DNA of 64,000 nucleotides from Parcubacteria group bacterium (GTDB taxonomy: Bacteria > Patescibacteriota > Minisyncoccia > Moranbacterales > UBA9337). Shown here one piece after another: positions 1 to 10,900 of the stretch. Under the pieces are notes generated by a model. The model saw only the letters and a list, made by a program, of their open reading frames with translations, searched no databases and had not been told where the DNA came from. Where the stretch lies: the NCBI GenBank assembly GCA_041662245.1, contig JBAZSW010000001.1:11714-75713 (forward strand). The letters are read 5' to 3'. How positions within the stretch are numbered: position 1 is the stretch's first letter; each line of letters begins with the position of its first letter. The translations under genes and the position numbers were made by a program.

Positions 1-2610
1 CTGTGCCCATATCTCCATTTGCTGGGACAAACTCAAATTTTTATGCGACCACTTTTGCTTCCAATAATGTTCGTCATAGTGTCACTAATACTGCCACTAA
101 TGCCATGAATTTTTATTATTCTTTTCAAAATATTCAAACTTATACAGGAGCCAACACTATTTTAGTTAATTATGAAGGAGCTTATGTGAGTGCCACCACT
201 TTAACTTACAACTTAGCTATTTACAATTTCAACTCTAGCGGTTGGGAAGATCTGCACACGGGAGCGATTACCGCCAGTGCTACCAGCACCGATCAAGTTA
301 ATCAATTTGCTAAAAACAATGTAACCTTAACTGACTATATTTCTAGTGGAGAAGTGAGAATTAGAATTTATTCAACCGTTACCGGTACTCAAACCTTTCA
401 ATCTGATATGATTGCCATTACGGTGGGTTCGACTAATACGGATGTCACTCAAAGCGAAACCTCTTTTGGCCAAGAAACAGGGAGTACTACCGCTACCAAT
501 ACTCGTGATTTAGATGTGTTAACTACATCGACTGCTGGTAATACTTGGCAACATGCTACTTGTTTAAATAATGCGATTGCCGGAGCTTGTACGGCCGTCA
601 CTTATCCTTATGCGACTGATTGGGCAGGAACTTGGGGAACCAATTACAGCGCTTCTGCCAATGTTTTCGTGCCTATTACAGTGCCTACTGATGCTTCGGT
701 CACCGGTATCAGATATGCTGCTAGATTTAGAAGTAATGTTACAACTAATGCTGTACAACTTGGAATCAAAGATTATTCCGGACAATTTGCAGGACCAACG
801 GTGGCTGGAGGTTGGACCGCTGTAGGTGCTACTAATGCTTTGACTACTTTTACTTTTACTGATGGAATTTACCAAGTTAATCCAGAAGACTATATTGATA
901 CTATTAATAATCGAGGCAATTTAAGATTAAGAACTTCTACTTCGACTGCTACGGCTACCGCTACTAGAGCTTGGGATTTTGCGTTTATGAGTATACGATG
1001 GATTAATGACACAGTACCGAGACCGACATCCCTCAGCCAATTCTCTCCTACTGACTATTTTTACAATGCTTCCACTACTACTATTAATGCCGCTTCAGCT
1101 ACTAGCTTAAGATCTCACCGCGGAGCTGTGGCTACTGATAACGTTTTCTTTTCTACTGCCAACATTGCCAACCAAGCTTTGGAAGTGGGGGTTAATTTGG
1201 GCAATGTATCTTTAAATGGAGCTAATAAAATAATAATTGCTTCTGAAACTGCTAATGTAACTACAGCCAGAAATTATTTTGTTCAAATTTGTGATTGGAG
1301 TTCTACAGTGGGAGTAAATAATGCAGCCGATTCCAATTGCACTGGAGGAGGTTGGAGAACGATTAATAATCCTCGCACTACAGCTCTATCTAATGTCTCT
1401 GACGCTACTTATACTTATGAAGTTTTTAATGGCTATTTTTATTCCGGTACTGCTCCCGGAACTAAAATTGATACTCCTTTAACCAACTTTGTTTCTTCGG
1501 GTAGTTTTAAAGTTAGATATTTAGGAGCCACCAATGCTTCAGCAATTACTTTTAATATTGATCGTGTTATGGTAGAAACAGCCATTGATCCTGTCTACTA
1601 TCCATCTTCTTCTGTGCCCATATCTCCATTTGCTGGGACAAACTCAAATTTTTATGCGACCACTTTTGCTTCCAATAATGTTCGTCATAGTGTCACTAAT
1701 ACTGCCACTAATGCCATGAATTTTTATTATTCTTTTCAAAATATTCAAACTTATACAGGAGCCAACACTATTTTAGTTAATTATGAAGGAGCTTATGTGA
1801 GTGCCACCACTTTAACTTACAACTTAGCTATTTACAATTTCAACTCTAGCGGTTGGGAAGATCTGCACACGGGAGCGATTACCGCCAGTGCTACCAGCAC
1901 CGATCAAGTTAATCAATTTGCTAAAAACAATGTAACCTTAACTGACTATATTTCTAGTGGAGAAGTGAGAATTAGAATTTATTCAACCGTTACCGGTACT
2001 CAAACCTTTCAATCTGATATGATTGCCATTACGGTGGGTTCGACTAATACGGATGTCACTCAAAGCGAAACCTCTTTTGGCCAAGAAACAGGGAGTACTA
2101 CCGCTACCAATACTCGTGATTTAGATGTGTTAACTACATCGACTGCTGGTAATACTTGGCAACATGCTACTTGTTTAAATAATGCGATTGCCGGAGCTTG
2201 TACGGCCGTCACTTATCCTTATGCGACTGATTGGGCAGGAACTTGGGGAACCAATTACAGCGCTTCTGCCAATGTTTTCGTGCCTATTACAGTGCCTACT
2301 GATGCTTCGGTCACCGGTATCAGATATGCTGCTAGATTTAGAAGTAATGTTACAACTAATGCTGTACAACTTGGAATCAAAGATTATTCCGGACAATTTG
2401 CAGGACCAACGGTGGCTGGAGGTTGGACCGCTGTAGGTGCTACTAATGCTTTGACTACTTTTACTTTTACTGATGGAATTTACCAAGTTAATCCAGAAGA
2501 CTATATTGATACTATTAATAATCGAGGCAATTTAAGATTAAGAACTTCTACTTCGACTGCTACGGCTACCGCTACTAGAGCTTGGGATTTTGCGTTTATG
2601 AGTATACGAT
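1..2610 (+). repeat. Intragenic tandem repeat, period 1611 bp; 1-999 matches 1612-2610
   Basis: No mismatch seen by eye. Identical shadow ORFs at 564-875/2175-2486 and 571-825/2182-2436 are also offset by 1611. Confidence 0.95.
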
Positions 2611-3602
2611 ATACTTATTTAAATGGAGGAATATCTCCTTCAATTACTGTTGATACGACAGGCACTCAAACAGCTACCATGAACATTCCTTCCAGCAATC
2701 AATCTGTAGGAGGAGCTTTTACTATGATTAGAAATTCTGGCTCCGCTAATGTTACCGGAATAACTATTACAGAAACAGGAACAGTAGTAGCTAACACTAA
2801 TTTAGCTAATGTAAAACTTTTTTACGACACGACTAATTGTACTTATGATGGAACGGAATCCCAATTTGGTAGTACCACCACTTTTAATGCTTCAGCTAAG
2901 GCTTCTTTTAGTGGGTCTGTTTCGGTGGGAACTTCTCAGGTTTGTTTTTATGCTATGTTAGATGTAGGTTCGGGAGCCAGTGGTGGAGAAACTCTCGAAA
3001 TTCAAATTGCTGATCCATCCACAGAAGTAACGGCTTCAGCAGGAACTGTTACTCCTGCTTCGGCTGTGTCAATTTCCGGAACTACAACTTTAAATGCGGG
3101 ATCATTGGGGGGAGATATAGTGGATGATGTTGGCAATACAGTAGCTAATCCTTCAGTATCTTTTTCTACGGGACTTTATAATTGGAGCAGTCAGCAATCC
3201 ACTGGAACACTAGGTATATCTACTCAAAAAATAAGAATTACTAATACCAGTGGAACACCTAGTTGGACACTTTCAATTGCGGCTGCTGCCAATACTAATC
3301 TTTGGACAAGTGGAGGAAACACTTATGATTTTAATGATACTGTTACTACAGGAAGACTGAATGTTGACCCCAGCGTGTCAACAATTACTCCTCAAGGCGG
3401 TTGTTCTACTACGGGACTAAGCAAGGGCTCTTCAACTTATTTTTCTCAAGGAACACAAGACTCAGTTAATCTAGTTGTGGCGGGAGGAACTGCTCAAACT
3501 AATTGTTATTGGGATATTACTGGTATTAGTATGACTCAAGATGTGCCAGCTTCTCAGCTAGTGGGTAGTTATGGGTTAAATATGGTTTTAACTGCTATTT
3601 GA
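3..3602 (+). CDS. Large Ser/Thr/Asn-rich surface protein with 537-aa tandem repeat and C-terminal WxL-like domain (5'-partial)
   Basis: Frame is open from the window edge. C-terminal ~165 aa (DIVDD..PSVSF..PSWTLSIA..GSYGLNMVLTAI) are homologous to the two downstream small proteins. Confidence 0.8.
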   Translation: MPISPFAGTNSNFYATTFASNNVRHSVTNTATNAMNFYYSFQNIQTYTGANTILVNYEGAYVSATTLTYNLAIYNFNSSGWEDLHTGAITASATSTDQVNQFAKNNVTLTDYISSGEVRIRIYSTVTGTQTFQSDMIAITVGSTNTDVTQSETSFGQETGSTTATNTRDLDVLTTSTAGNTWQHATCLNNAIAGACTAVTYPYATDWAGTWGTNYSASANVFVPITVPTDASVTGIRYAARFRSNVTTNAVQLGIKDYSGQFAGPTVAGGWTAVGATNALTTFTFTDGIYQVNPEDYIDTINNRGNLRLRTSTSTATATATRAWDFAFMSIRWINDTVPRPTSLSQFSPTDYFYNASTTTINAASATSLRSHRGAVATDNVFFSTANIANQALEVGVNLGNVSLNGANKIIIASETANVTTARNYFVQICDWSSTVGVNNAADSNCTGGGWRTINNPRTTALSNVSDATYTYEVFNGYFYSGTAPGTKIDTPLTNFVSSGSFKVRYLGATNASAITFNIDRVMVETAIDPVYYPSSSVPISPFAGTNSNFYATTFASNNVRHSVTNTATNAMNFYYSFQNIQTYTGANTILVNYEGAYVSATTLTYNLAIYNFNSSGWEDLHTGAITASATSTDQVNQFAKNNVTLTDYISSGEVRIRIYSTVTGTQTFQSDMIAITVGSTNTDVTQSETSFGQETGSTTATNTRDLDVLTTSTAGNTWQHATCLNNAIAGACTAVTYPYATDWAGTWGTNYSASANVFVPITVPTDASVTGIRYAARFRSNVTTNAVQLGIKDYSGQFAGPTVAGGWTAVGATNALTTFTFTDGIYQVNPEDYIDTINNRGNLRLRTSTSTATATATRAWDFAFMSIRYTYLNGGISPSITVDTTGTQTATMNIPSSNQSVGGAFTMIRNSGSANVTGITITETGTVVANTNLANVKLFYDTTNCTYDGTESQFGSTTTFNASAKASFSGSVSVGTSQVCFYAMLDVGSGASGGETLEIQIADPSTEVTASAGTVTPASAVSISGTTTLNAGSLGGDIVDDVGNTVANPSVSFSTGLYNWSSQQSTGTLGISTQKIRITNTSGTPSWTLSIAAAANTNLWTSGGNTYDFNDTVTTGRLNVDPSVSTITPQGGCSTTGLSKGSSTYFSQGTQDSVNLVVAGGTAQTNCYWDITGISMTQDVPASQLVGSYGLNMVLTAI

Positions 3603-3659
3603 CTTTTTGGTTTAGATAGTGTATAATGAATCTGAGAAATAGTAACAGGGAAGCTTAAC

Positions 3660-3726
3660 GGGTGAAAATTCCTTTCTCTAAATCCTTATTTTTAGGGGGT
3701 TAGAGAGATGAATGTTCACCCTTTTT
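3660..3726 (+). promoter_or_regulatory. Long 5' leader hairpin with U-tract upstream of the WxL-like genes
   Basis: gggtgaa/ttcaccc, attc/gaat and tctctaa/ttagaga pair. Preceded by gtgTATAAT at ~3619-3627. Confidence 0.55.
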
Positions 3727-3743
3727 AGTTTAAAAACAAAAAA

Positions 3744-4403
3744 ATGAAAACAAAAATAATCAATTTAATAGTTAAGAGAATCGGAGTTATTTCGATAATT
3801 GTTTTTAGTGTGATTGCCATTAGGGCTTCGGCTAGCAATCAATCTCAATTAAATCAATCTATTAGCGATGGGGTTAAAGCTATCGATATTGTAGATGCAG
3901 GTGGAACTACAGTAACGAGTCCTTCGGTTTCATTTACATCAGCTACTTTTTCTTTTACTACCCAAAATACTACAGGAACATTGGGTGTTTCAGCTCAAAG
4001 AATTCGTGTTTATAATCCCACTTCTACTGCTACTTGGACAGCCAGTATTGCTGGAAGCGCCCCGACTGCCACTTGGACGACAGGAAGTGCTTATTATGAT
4101 TTTAATGACGGCAATGGTGCCACTGATGGCGGAGATACTGATTCTTACGGAGGACAGTTATCTGTCGCTCCGGCAGGAGGAACTTTAGCGGGAGTATCGG
4201 GATGTGCAACGAGTAATGTTTCATTGGGATCCAACAGCGCTTTCGTGGAAACAACTACCAATAGTATAACTCTTGCCTCAGGTGCTGCAGGCGCCCCGAC
4301 TTACTGTCGCTGGGACGTAACTGATATCGGGCTTACTCAATCATTGCCTGCTTCTCAGACATCAGGTTCCTATGCCCTAAATCTTGTGTTATCGATAATT
4401 TAA
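3744..4403 (+). CDS. Secreted small WxL-like domain protein
   Basis: Signal peptide, ATWTASIA motif, C-terminal GSYALNLVLSII; paralog of 4408-5073. Confidence 0.75.
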   Translation: MKTKIINLIVKRIGVISIIVFSVIAIRASASNQSQLNQSISDGVKAIDIVDAGGTTVTSPSVSFTSATFSFTTQNTTGTLGVSAQRIRVYNPTSTATWTASIAGSAPTATWTTGSAYYDFNDGNGATDGGDTDSYGGQLSVAPAGGTLAGVSGCATSNVSLGSNSAFVETTTNSITLASGAAGAPTYCRWDVTDIGLTQSLPASQTSGSYALNLVLSII

Positions 4404-4407
4404 AAAA

Positions 4408-5073
4408 ATGAAAATGAAAATAATTAATTTGTTAGCTAAACAGATAGGAACAGTTGCATTGATTGTTTTGGTTATGTTTGCTATTAAAACTTCAGCCAAT
4501 AATCAATCCCAATTAAATCAGTCAGTTAGCGATGGGGTTAAAGCTATCGATATTGTGGATGCGGGCGGAACTACAGTAGCGAGTCCTTCGGTTTCATTTA
4601 CATCAGCTACTTTTTCTTTTGCTACGCAAGATACTACAGGAACATTGGGTGTTTCGGCTGAAAGGATTCGTATTTTTAATCCTACGGCTACAGCTACTTG
4701 GACAGCCAGTATTGCCGGAAGCGCTACAACTGCTACTTGGACGACAGGAAGTGCTTATTATGATTTTAATGATGCTACTGGAAGTGGATATACTGATGGC
4801 GCAGATACCGATGTTTATGGAGGACAGTTAAATATAGCACCTGCAGGAGGAACTCTAGCGGGAGTATCCGGATGTGTGACAACCAACGTTTCCTTGGGGT
4901 CTAATAGTGCTTTTAGTGAAGGAAGTATAGATAGTATCACACTTGCTTCTGGAGCAGCAGGAGCGTCTACTTTTTGTCGATGGGATGTGACCAATATTGG
5001 CTTAACTCAAAAAATGCCCGCTTCACAAGTTTCAGGATCGTATGCTTTAAATCTGGTGCTATCAATAATTTAA
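4408..5073 (+). CDS. Secreted small WxL-like domain protein (tandem paralog)
   Basis: Highly similar to 3744-4403 at DNA and protein level. Confidence 0.75.
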   Translation: MKMKIINLLAKQIGTVALIVLVMFAIKTSANNQSQLNQSVSDGVKAIDIVDAGGTTVASPSVSFTSATFSFATQDTTGTLGVSAERIRIFNPTATATWTASIAGSATTATWTTGSAYYDFNDATGSGYTDGADTDVYGGQLNIAPAGGTLAGVSGCVTTNVSLGSNSAFSEGSIDSITLASGAAGASTFCRWDVTNIGLTQKMPASQVSGSYALNLVLSII

Positions 5074-5200
5074 GCAAAATAAAATTTATATAAAAAAATA
5101 AAAAGTATCCACGTTAGTTAGTGGATTTTTTTTATTGGTGTGCTATAATTTAGGTAATTAAAAAACTGATTATTAAAAAATAAAATTGTAAAAATAAAAT

Positions 5201-7471
5201 ATGAAAACAAAAATATTATTGAGTAGTTTTTTTCTGCTACTTTTTTTTGGGTTTTTGATTCAACCTGCTCATGCTATTGAATACGGGCAAATGGGTGGTA
5301 AGCCGACTAATTTTGATCCCAATATTCCCGATAGTAAATCTTGGTTTATTTATAATTTAGATCTTGGAACAGAAAAAGAAGATTCTTTAACTGTGGCTAA
5401 CTTATTTAATGAACCATGGATAGCTGTAATTTATGCAGCAGATAGCATTAAGAGTTCCAGTGGTGGATTTGCCCTCAAACAGTTAACTGAGTCTAAAGAA
5501 GAAATGGGATCTTGGGTAAAATTTTATCCAGATCCAAAACCAGAATTTGCTAGTAAAATTTTTGAAGAGAAAAAAACTATCAATGAAGTGTGTAAGGTTA
5601 CTGATGAAGATTTGGAGAAAAAATATGAGTTTGATTCAGAAAAAATAACTAAAATCAGAGATTGGTGCAAGGGGAAAGAAATAGTAGAACTCGAAATGAA
5701 AGCAGGAGAAAAAAAGGATTTATTGTTTGTAATTAGTGTGCCTGCTAATGCTGAAGTGGGGGAGCATACGGGAGGAATTCTGATTCAAAAAAAAGCCAAG
5801 GATGAAACTGCTCAAAGCGATGGTTCCAAAGTAATGCTAACCACTCGAGTGGGAGTTAGAATTTACGAGACCGTACCAGGAAATATTATTAAAAGATTAG
5901 CTTTTTCTGATTTTAAAATTGTAAAAAATTTCGATGAATTTTATTTGCCTTGGAATAAACAGAAAAAAGAAAAATTCAAAGAATATATATTGTCATCTTC
6001 TATTAACAATAGTGGAAATGTAAGTACCAATTTTAGTGAAAATATAATTATTAAAAATTTAATTACTCAAAAAACAGAAAGAATTGACAATCGAGAGTTT
6101 CAAGTTTTGAGAAGTGATGATTTTATTTCGACTTTAGCTTGGAAAGCTCCTCGTTTAGCGTATCTTTCTTTTCAAAAAGAATATACCTATAAAGATAGTG
6201 CAGATAATGAACAAAAAATATCCACGGAGGCAATTTCTAAATGGTTTATCCCTTGGAGAGAAATGTTAATTATTTTGGTCATTGTTTTGATTATTTGGAT
6301 AAGCTATTTTTTCTGGAAGAGATACCAAGACAAACATTATGGAGGAGCAGGCTGGGAGGATTATGAAGTAGCAGAAGGAGAAACTGTGCAGTCGCTAATT
6401 AATAAATTTTCTATAGATTGGAAGACTTTTATTAAGACAAATAAACTGAAAGCCCCTTACATTTTAGAAGTAGGAAAAATTGTAAAAGTTCCTAAAACAG
6501 AAACAGAAAAGCCAGCAAAAATAGAACCAGACGTTCAAATCATTCCTGAGAATAAGTCCAATGATGCCGTAACAGATGAAGGTGTTGGAGAGGGCGAATT
6601 GTCAGATGAAGATATTTTAAATAGAACGGAGCTTTTTGATAGTGCTGTGGAAAACAAAAAAATAGAAAGTGTCAAGATAAGTGAGCCAGATAAAGATTCT
6701 TCCAAGAATGATATTATTGATAGCTCCCTTTTCTTCGATGATTTAGAAGATAGTCAGGCGGTTATCGTTCCTAATAAAGTGGAATCTTTATCTGTGAATG
6801 AATCCAAGAAAAAGGTTTCAAATGCTCAACCCCTCAGAAGAAGTACAGATATTCAAAAACCGAAAGTAGCAGTTGTCGAAGCTCCCGTTGCAGAAGTTAA
6901 GGAAAAGAGTGCAGAGGCGGTAGCCGTAGATGACATTATAACCATCGAGGCGGACAAAGATAATTCGACAAATTATTTAAAGTGGGTTCTCGTGGCTCTA
7001 TCTTTGATAATAATATTATTGCTGGGTATCGTGGGGTACCTTTTGGTGGGTAATAAAAAAGAGATTAAAGCACCTATCCAAACAGCAGAAGTTTCTAGCG
7101 AAAATAAAGAAGCTACTCCCCAAAAAGAAGATACTCTTAGTAAGGATAGTAATGAAAATGAACAAGTAGAGATTTTAAAGAATGATCCTTTAAAAATGGA
7201 GATCAAAATATTTAATGGCAGTGGAATTGCGGGAGCAGCTGGAAAAGTAAAAGATTTTTTGGTCAGCAAGAAATATGAGAATGTCGAAGCAGGAAATTAT
7301 TCGGGAGAAAACGTTGTGGGTTCAACAGTCTATTATAAGGAGGATGCTTTGAAAGATGAAGCTCAATGGATTGCCGATATTTTAAAGGGTAATAAACTAT
7401 TGACTGACACAAAATTAGCATCTTCAGATGAAGAAAAATCTGGAGACATCGTAATTATCATTGGAAAATAA
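5201..7471 (+). CDS. DUF916-like (WxL-interacting) membrane protein with LysM and C-terminal LytR_C domain
   Basis: Signal peptide; VPANAEVGEHTGGILIQ and TRVGVRIY (DUF916-like); TM; LysM YEVAEGETVQSLI..IKTNKL; second TM; LytR_C IFNGSGIAGAAG..DIVIIIGK. Confidence 0.7.
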   Translation: MKTKILLSSFFLLLFFGFLIQPAHAIEYGQMGGKPTNFDPNIPDSKSWFIYNLDLGTEKEDSLTVANLFNEPWIAVIYAADSIKSSSGGFALKQLTESKEEMGSWVKFYPDPKPEFASKIFEEKKTINEVCKVTDEDLEKKYEFDSEKITKIRDWCKGKEIVELEMKAGEKKDLLFVISVPANAEVGEHTGGILIQKKAKDETAQSDGSKVMLTTRVGVRIYETVPGNIIKRLAFSDFKIVKNFDEFYLPWNKQKKEKFKEYILSSSINNSGNVSTNFSENIIIKNLITQKTERIDNREFQVLRSDDFISTLAWKAPRLAYLSFQKEYTYKDSADNEQKISTEAISKWFIPWREMLIILVIVLIIWISYFFWKRYQDKHYGGAGWEDYEVAEGETVQSLINKFSIDWKTFIKTNKLKAPYILEVGKIVKVPKTETEKPAKIEPDVQIIPENKSNDAVTDEGVGEGELSDEDILNRTELFDSAVENKKIESVKISEPDKDSSKNDIIDSSLFFDDLEDSQAVIVPNKVESLSVNESKKKVSNAQPLRRSTDIQKPKVAVVEAPVAEVKEKSAEAVAVDDIITIEADKDNSTNYLKWVLVALSLIIILLLGIVGYLLVGNKKEIKAPIQTAEVSSENKEATPQKEDTLSKDSNENEQVEILKNDPLKMEIKIFNGSGIAGAAGKVKDFLVSKKYENVEAGNYSGENVVGSTVYYKEDALKDEAQWIADILKGNKLLTDTKLASSDEEKSGDIVIIIGK

Positions 7472-7527
7472 TATTCTTTGGCGTATAGCGAAAGTAGTTT
7501 CAAAAAATATAGATAAATTTTAAAAAA

Positions 7528-7893
7528 ATGCGGGTGAACTTTTTTTTAAAAATAATTTGGGTGATTATTCTATTTGTTAGTTTACAAATTATCTCAATTA
7601 ATAAAGTTGTGGCGAATAATCTGAGTTGTTCTCAGAGTATTTTACCTGTGAAATTTATTTATATGTCTAGACAGGGAGGGATAGACAATATTTGGAGTAA
7701 TGTAGGCCAGTCGGATGACATTTATGTAATCAAATTTTTTAATGAAAAAAAAGAGGAACTTCCTACTAGTAGAAATTTATTTTCTCAATATGTTTTGGGT
7801 TCTCAGAAAGACATTGTTGAGAAAAACAAAACCCAAGAAATTAGATTTTCTAGCAGAGATAATTTTTTGGAGGAAATTAGAACTATTGTTTGA
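7528..7893 (+). CDS. Hypothetical exported protein
   Basis: 121-aa ORF with N-terminal hydrophobic segment. Confidence 0.6.
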   Translation: MRVNFFLKIIWVIILFVSLQIISINKVVANNLSCSQSILPVKFIYMSRQGGIDNIWSNVGQSDDIYVIKFFNEKKEELPTSRNLFSQYVLGSQKDIVEKNKTQEIRFSSRDNFLEEIRTIV

Positions 7894-7909
7894 GATCAGA
7901 TTTGCTTTT

Positions 7910-7942
7910 AAAAAACCATCTTTTTAGTAAAGATGGTTTTTT
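7910..7942. terminator. Bidirectional intrinsic terminator
   Basis: aaaaaaccatcttt / aaagatggtttttt between convergent genes. Confidence 0.8.
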
Positions 7943-7959
7943 AAATTAGTAAGTGGCAA

Positions 7960-10900
7960 TTACTTTTTTTCTTTAATAAAAGTAATAAATAATACCGGCA
8001 CCAAAAACAAAGTTAAAAATGAAGATAACACAAGACCAAAGATAACGGCGCTCCCAAGAGCTCGCCACATTTCGTTAGAGAGAGTGATGGGTATTATTCC
8101 AAAAATAGTGCAAATGGAAGTAACAAAGATTGCTTCTAATCTAGATTTTCCCGCATCAATTACTGAATCATAAAATGGAATATTACTTTTAATGTTAAGA
8201 TTTATTTTATCAATCAAAATAATAGCATTTTTAACTACGATTCCAAAGAGAGCTAAAATTCCAATTAATCCTGGAAAACTCAAGCTGATTCCAAAGATGG
8301 CTAATCCGAGGAATGTCCCAATAAGAGCAAGGGGTAAAGTCACCAAGACGATAGCAGATTTTTTGAAAGAATTAAATTGGATAATCATTGTGGAAAAGAT
8401 TAAGATACCTGCAATAATCATTGCTCGCAATATGGAGGCAACCGACTCGGCATTTTGTTCATTTTCTCCTCCGTAAGTAATAGTGTAACCTTCGGGCAAT
8501 TGATAGCTATCCTTTAATTTTTTTTGAAACTCAGCTAAGATCTGATTAGAATTAGTAGTTTTTTTTGCATCTGCAGTTAAAAGAACAACTCTTTTTTGAT
8601 CAATATGCTCAATTGATTCTACTGATGGCTTTAGCTCAATTTTGGCTACATCTTTAATATAGACTGGCTGACCTAATTTATTTAATATCTGTAAATTTTG
8701 AATTGACTCCAGAGAGGGTATTTTAGTTTCATCAAATTTTGCTACGATATCAATAGTTTTATTGCCAGAAATTATTTTGGAAACAGTCGTTCCTGAGATA
8801 GCCATTCTCAAAGTACTACCCACTAGAGAGGCGTTTAAGTTGTAAAGTTCCATCTTGGCCACATCAAGTTTAAAAGTGTATTCTGCCGGAGAGTCTTTTA
8901 GGGAAATGTCGCTGTTAATAGTCCCTGAAATTGAATCTAAAATGGGTTTCAAGTCAGAAGCAATTTTGTCTAGGGTCTGAAGATCATCGCCAATTATTTG
9001 GGCTTGGAAAGCTGCTCCGGAAGGCGGTCCCCCTGAAGGACTACTCACAGTAATCACTGCTTCTTGGATGCCTTTGATATCATTCCTTATTTCATCGGCT
9101 AATTCATAAGATTTTTTAGTTCTCTCTTTTTCAGAAACTAATTTTATCGTTATAGAAGCGGTATTAGAACTGCTTTTTGTTAAACCTATCCTATGACCAC
9201 CCAATCCCGGATTGCCTACCAATGTCGAAAAATTTTCTATTTCAGGATATTTATAGAGATTTTCCTCCACTCGTTGGATAATTTTATCGGATTGTTGTAA
9301 ATTGAGTCCAGAAGGTGCACGCATACTAACGTAAATTTCTTCACTGTCTGATGCAGTAAAAAATTCAGTTTTGACAATTCCAAAAAAGGGAAGTGCCATT
9401 GAAAAAATAAAAAGAATTAAAATAAAAGAAATAAAGGTCCAACGTGTCCTTTTTGTTTTGGTTATCTTTTTAAGATAATTTTCATAAATAGGCAAGACTT
9501 TGTCGAAATGAATAATTCCGTGAATTAACTTTTGGGAAAAGTCATTGGATTCTTGATTGCCTTGAGAAAGAAGTTTCTTTTTTATAAGTTCGTCATCTTT
9601 CCACTCCTGCTGTGCTAGTAAATCGTTTCTTTCTAAAATGTTTTGTCCTTTTTTAAAATACCAAAAGAGCATCCAAAAAATAATAGCAAGAAATATTATA
9701 GCAAAAATATATCCATAAATATTGTGTAAAGTGATGCTAAAAATTCCAAACAACAATAAAAGAGAAATAATTAAAAGGAAGAATTTTTTGGTCATTCGAA
9801 TTCTTTCCAGTACCGCTGCTAGAGGATGATTTATCATAAGAGCAATAAGTAAAGAAGAAACTAGCGTTACAGAAACCGTAATGGGGATTGATTTGATATA
9901 TTCCCCGATCATTCCGCTGGCCATAAGTAAAGGCAAAAAGGCCCAAACGGTAGCTAGCGTTGTCGTGGTAAGTACAATTTTAAAATCGTTCAGTACCAAT
10001 AATACGGCTTCTTCGGGAGTGAATTTACCAGTTTTCATATATTGTTTGGTAGCGCTTACTACCACGATTGCGTCATCAACTAATAATCCTAACGCAAGTA
10101 GAAGAGAGAAAATTGAAAGAAAATTTAAAGATGTTCCCGTAGCTAACATCACGCCGAAAGTAGAGAAGAAAACTAGTGGAATAGCTAAGCCAGCCACAAA
10201 GGCTTCCTTGAGCCCTACCACCAAAAACAAAACGCCTACTACTAGAATTAGTGTAATGATAAAATCATGAGCCAATTGATCAAAGTCTTGTTTAATTAAA
10301 TCGGCTTGGTTTACAGTAGTAAAGTAACTAAATCCTTGGGGAAAATTTTTGATTTGATCTTCAATTATTGTTTTTGATTGACTGACGGTGTCAAGAATAG
10401 ATCCACCTGTTCTTTTTACAATTTGGATGCTAACTGCTTCTTGAGTTGGGTCTCCTTTATTAGAAAAACGAGAGATAACTGTTTTTTTGATAGCTTTTTC
10501 TTCTACTTTGGCAATATCTTTTAAATAAACTATAGAATTATTTTGTCCATGTAAGATAGGAATATTTCCTAGATCTTGAGCATTGTAAAAACGAGCATCA
10601 GTTCTGACGGGATAATCGTATTTTGTTCCTTCAAAATTTCCCGAAGGAATAGCTATATTAGTAGCTGAAACAATTTGGTTGGCTTGTTCTGGAGAAATAT
10701 TAAAAAATGACAATTTCTCAGGATCGTAAGAAATATCAAACTCTCGCTCATCTCCTCCAGAAATATTTACTTCACGAATATCAGATACTTTTTCTAATTC
10801 AGTCTGAATTTTTTCAGCGTATTCTCTAAGAACAAATCCATTATAAGGTCCGGTTAATTCAAAGGTGACAATAGGCGTATCATCTAAAGATATCTCCACC

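Noticed and set aside
564-2486. Duplicated short ORFs within the adhesin gene
   Set aside because: By-products of the 1611-bp repeat.
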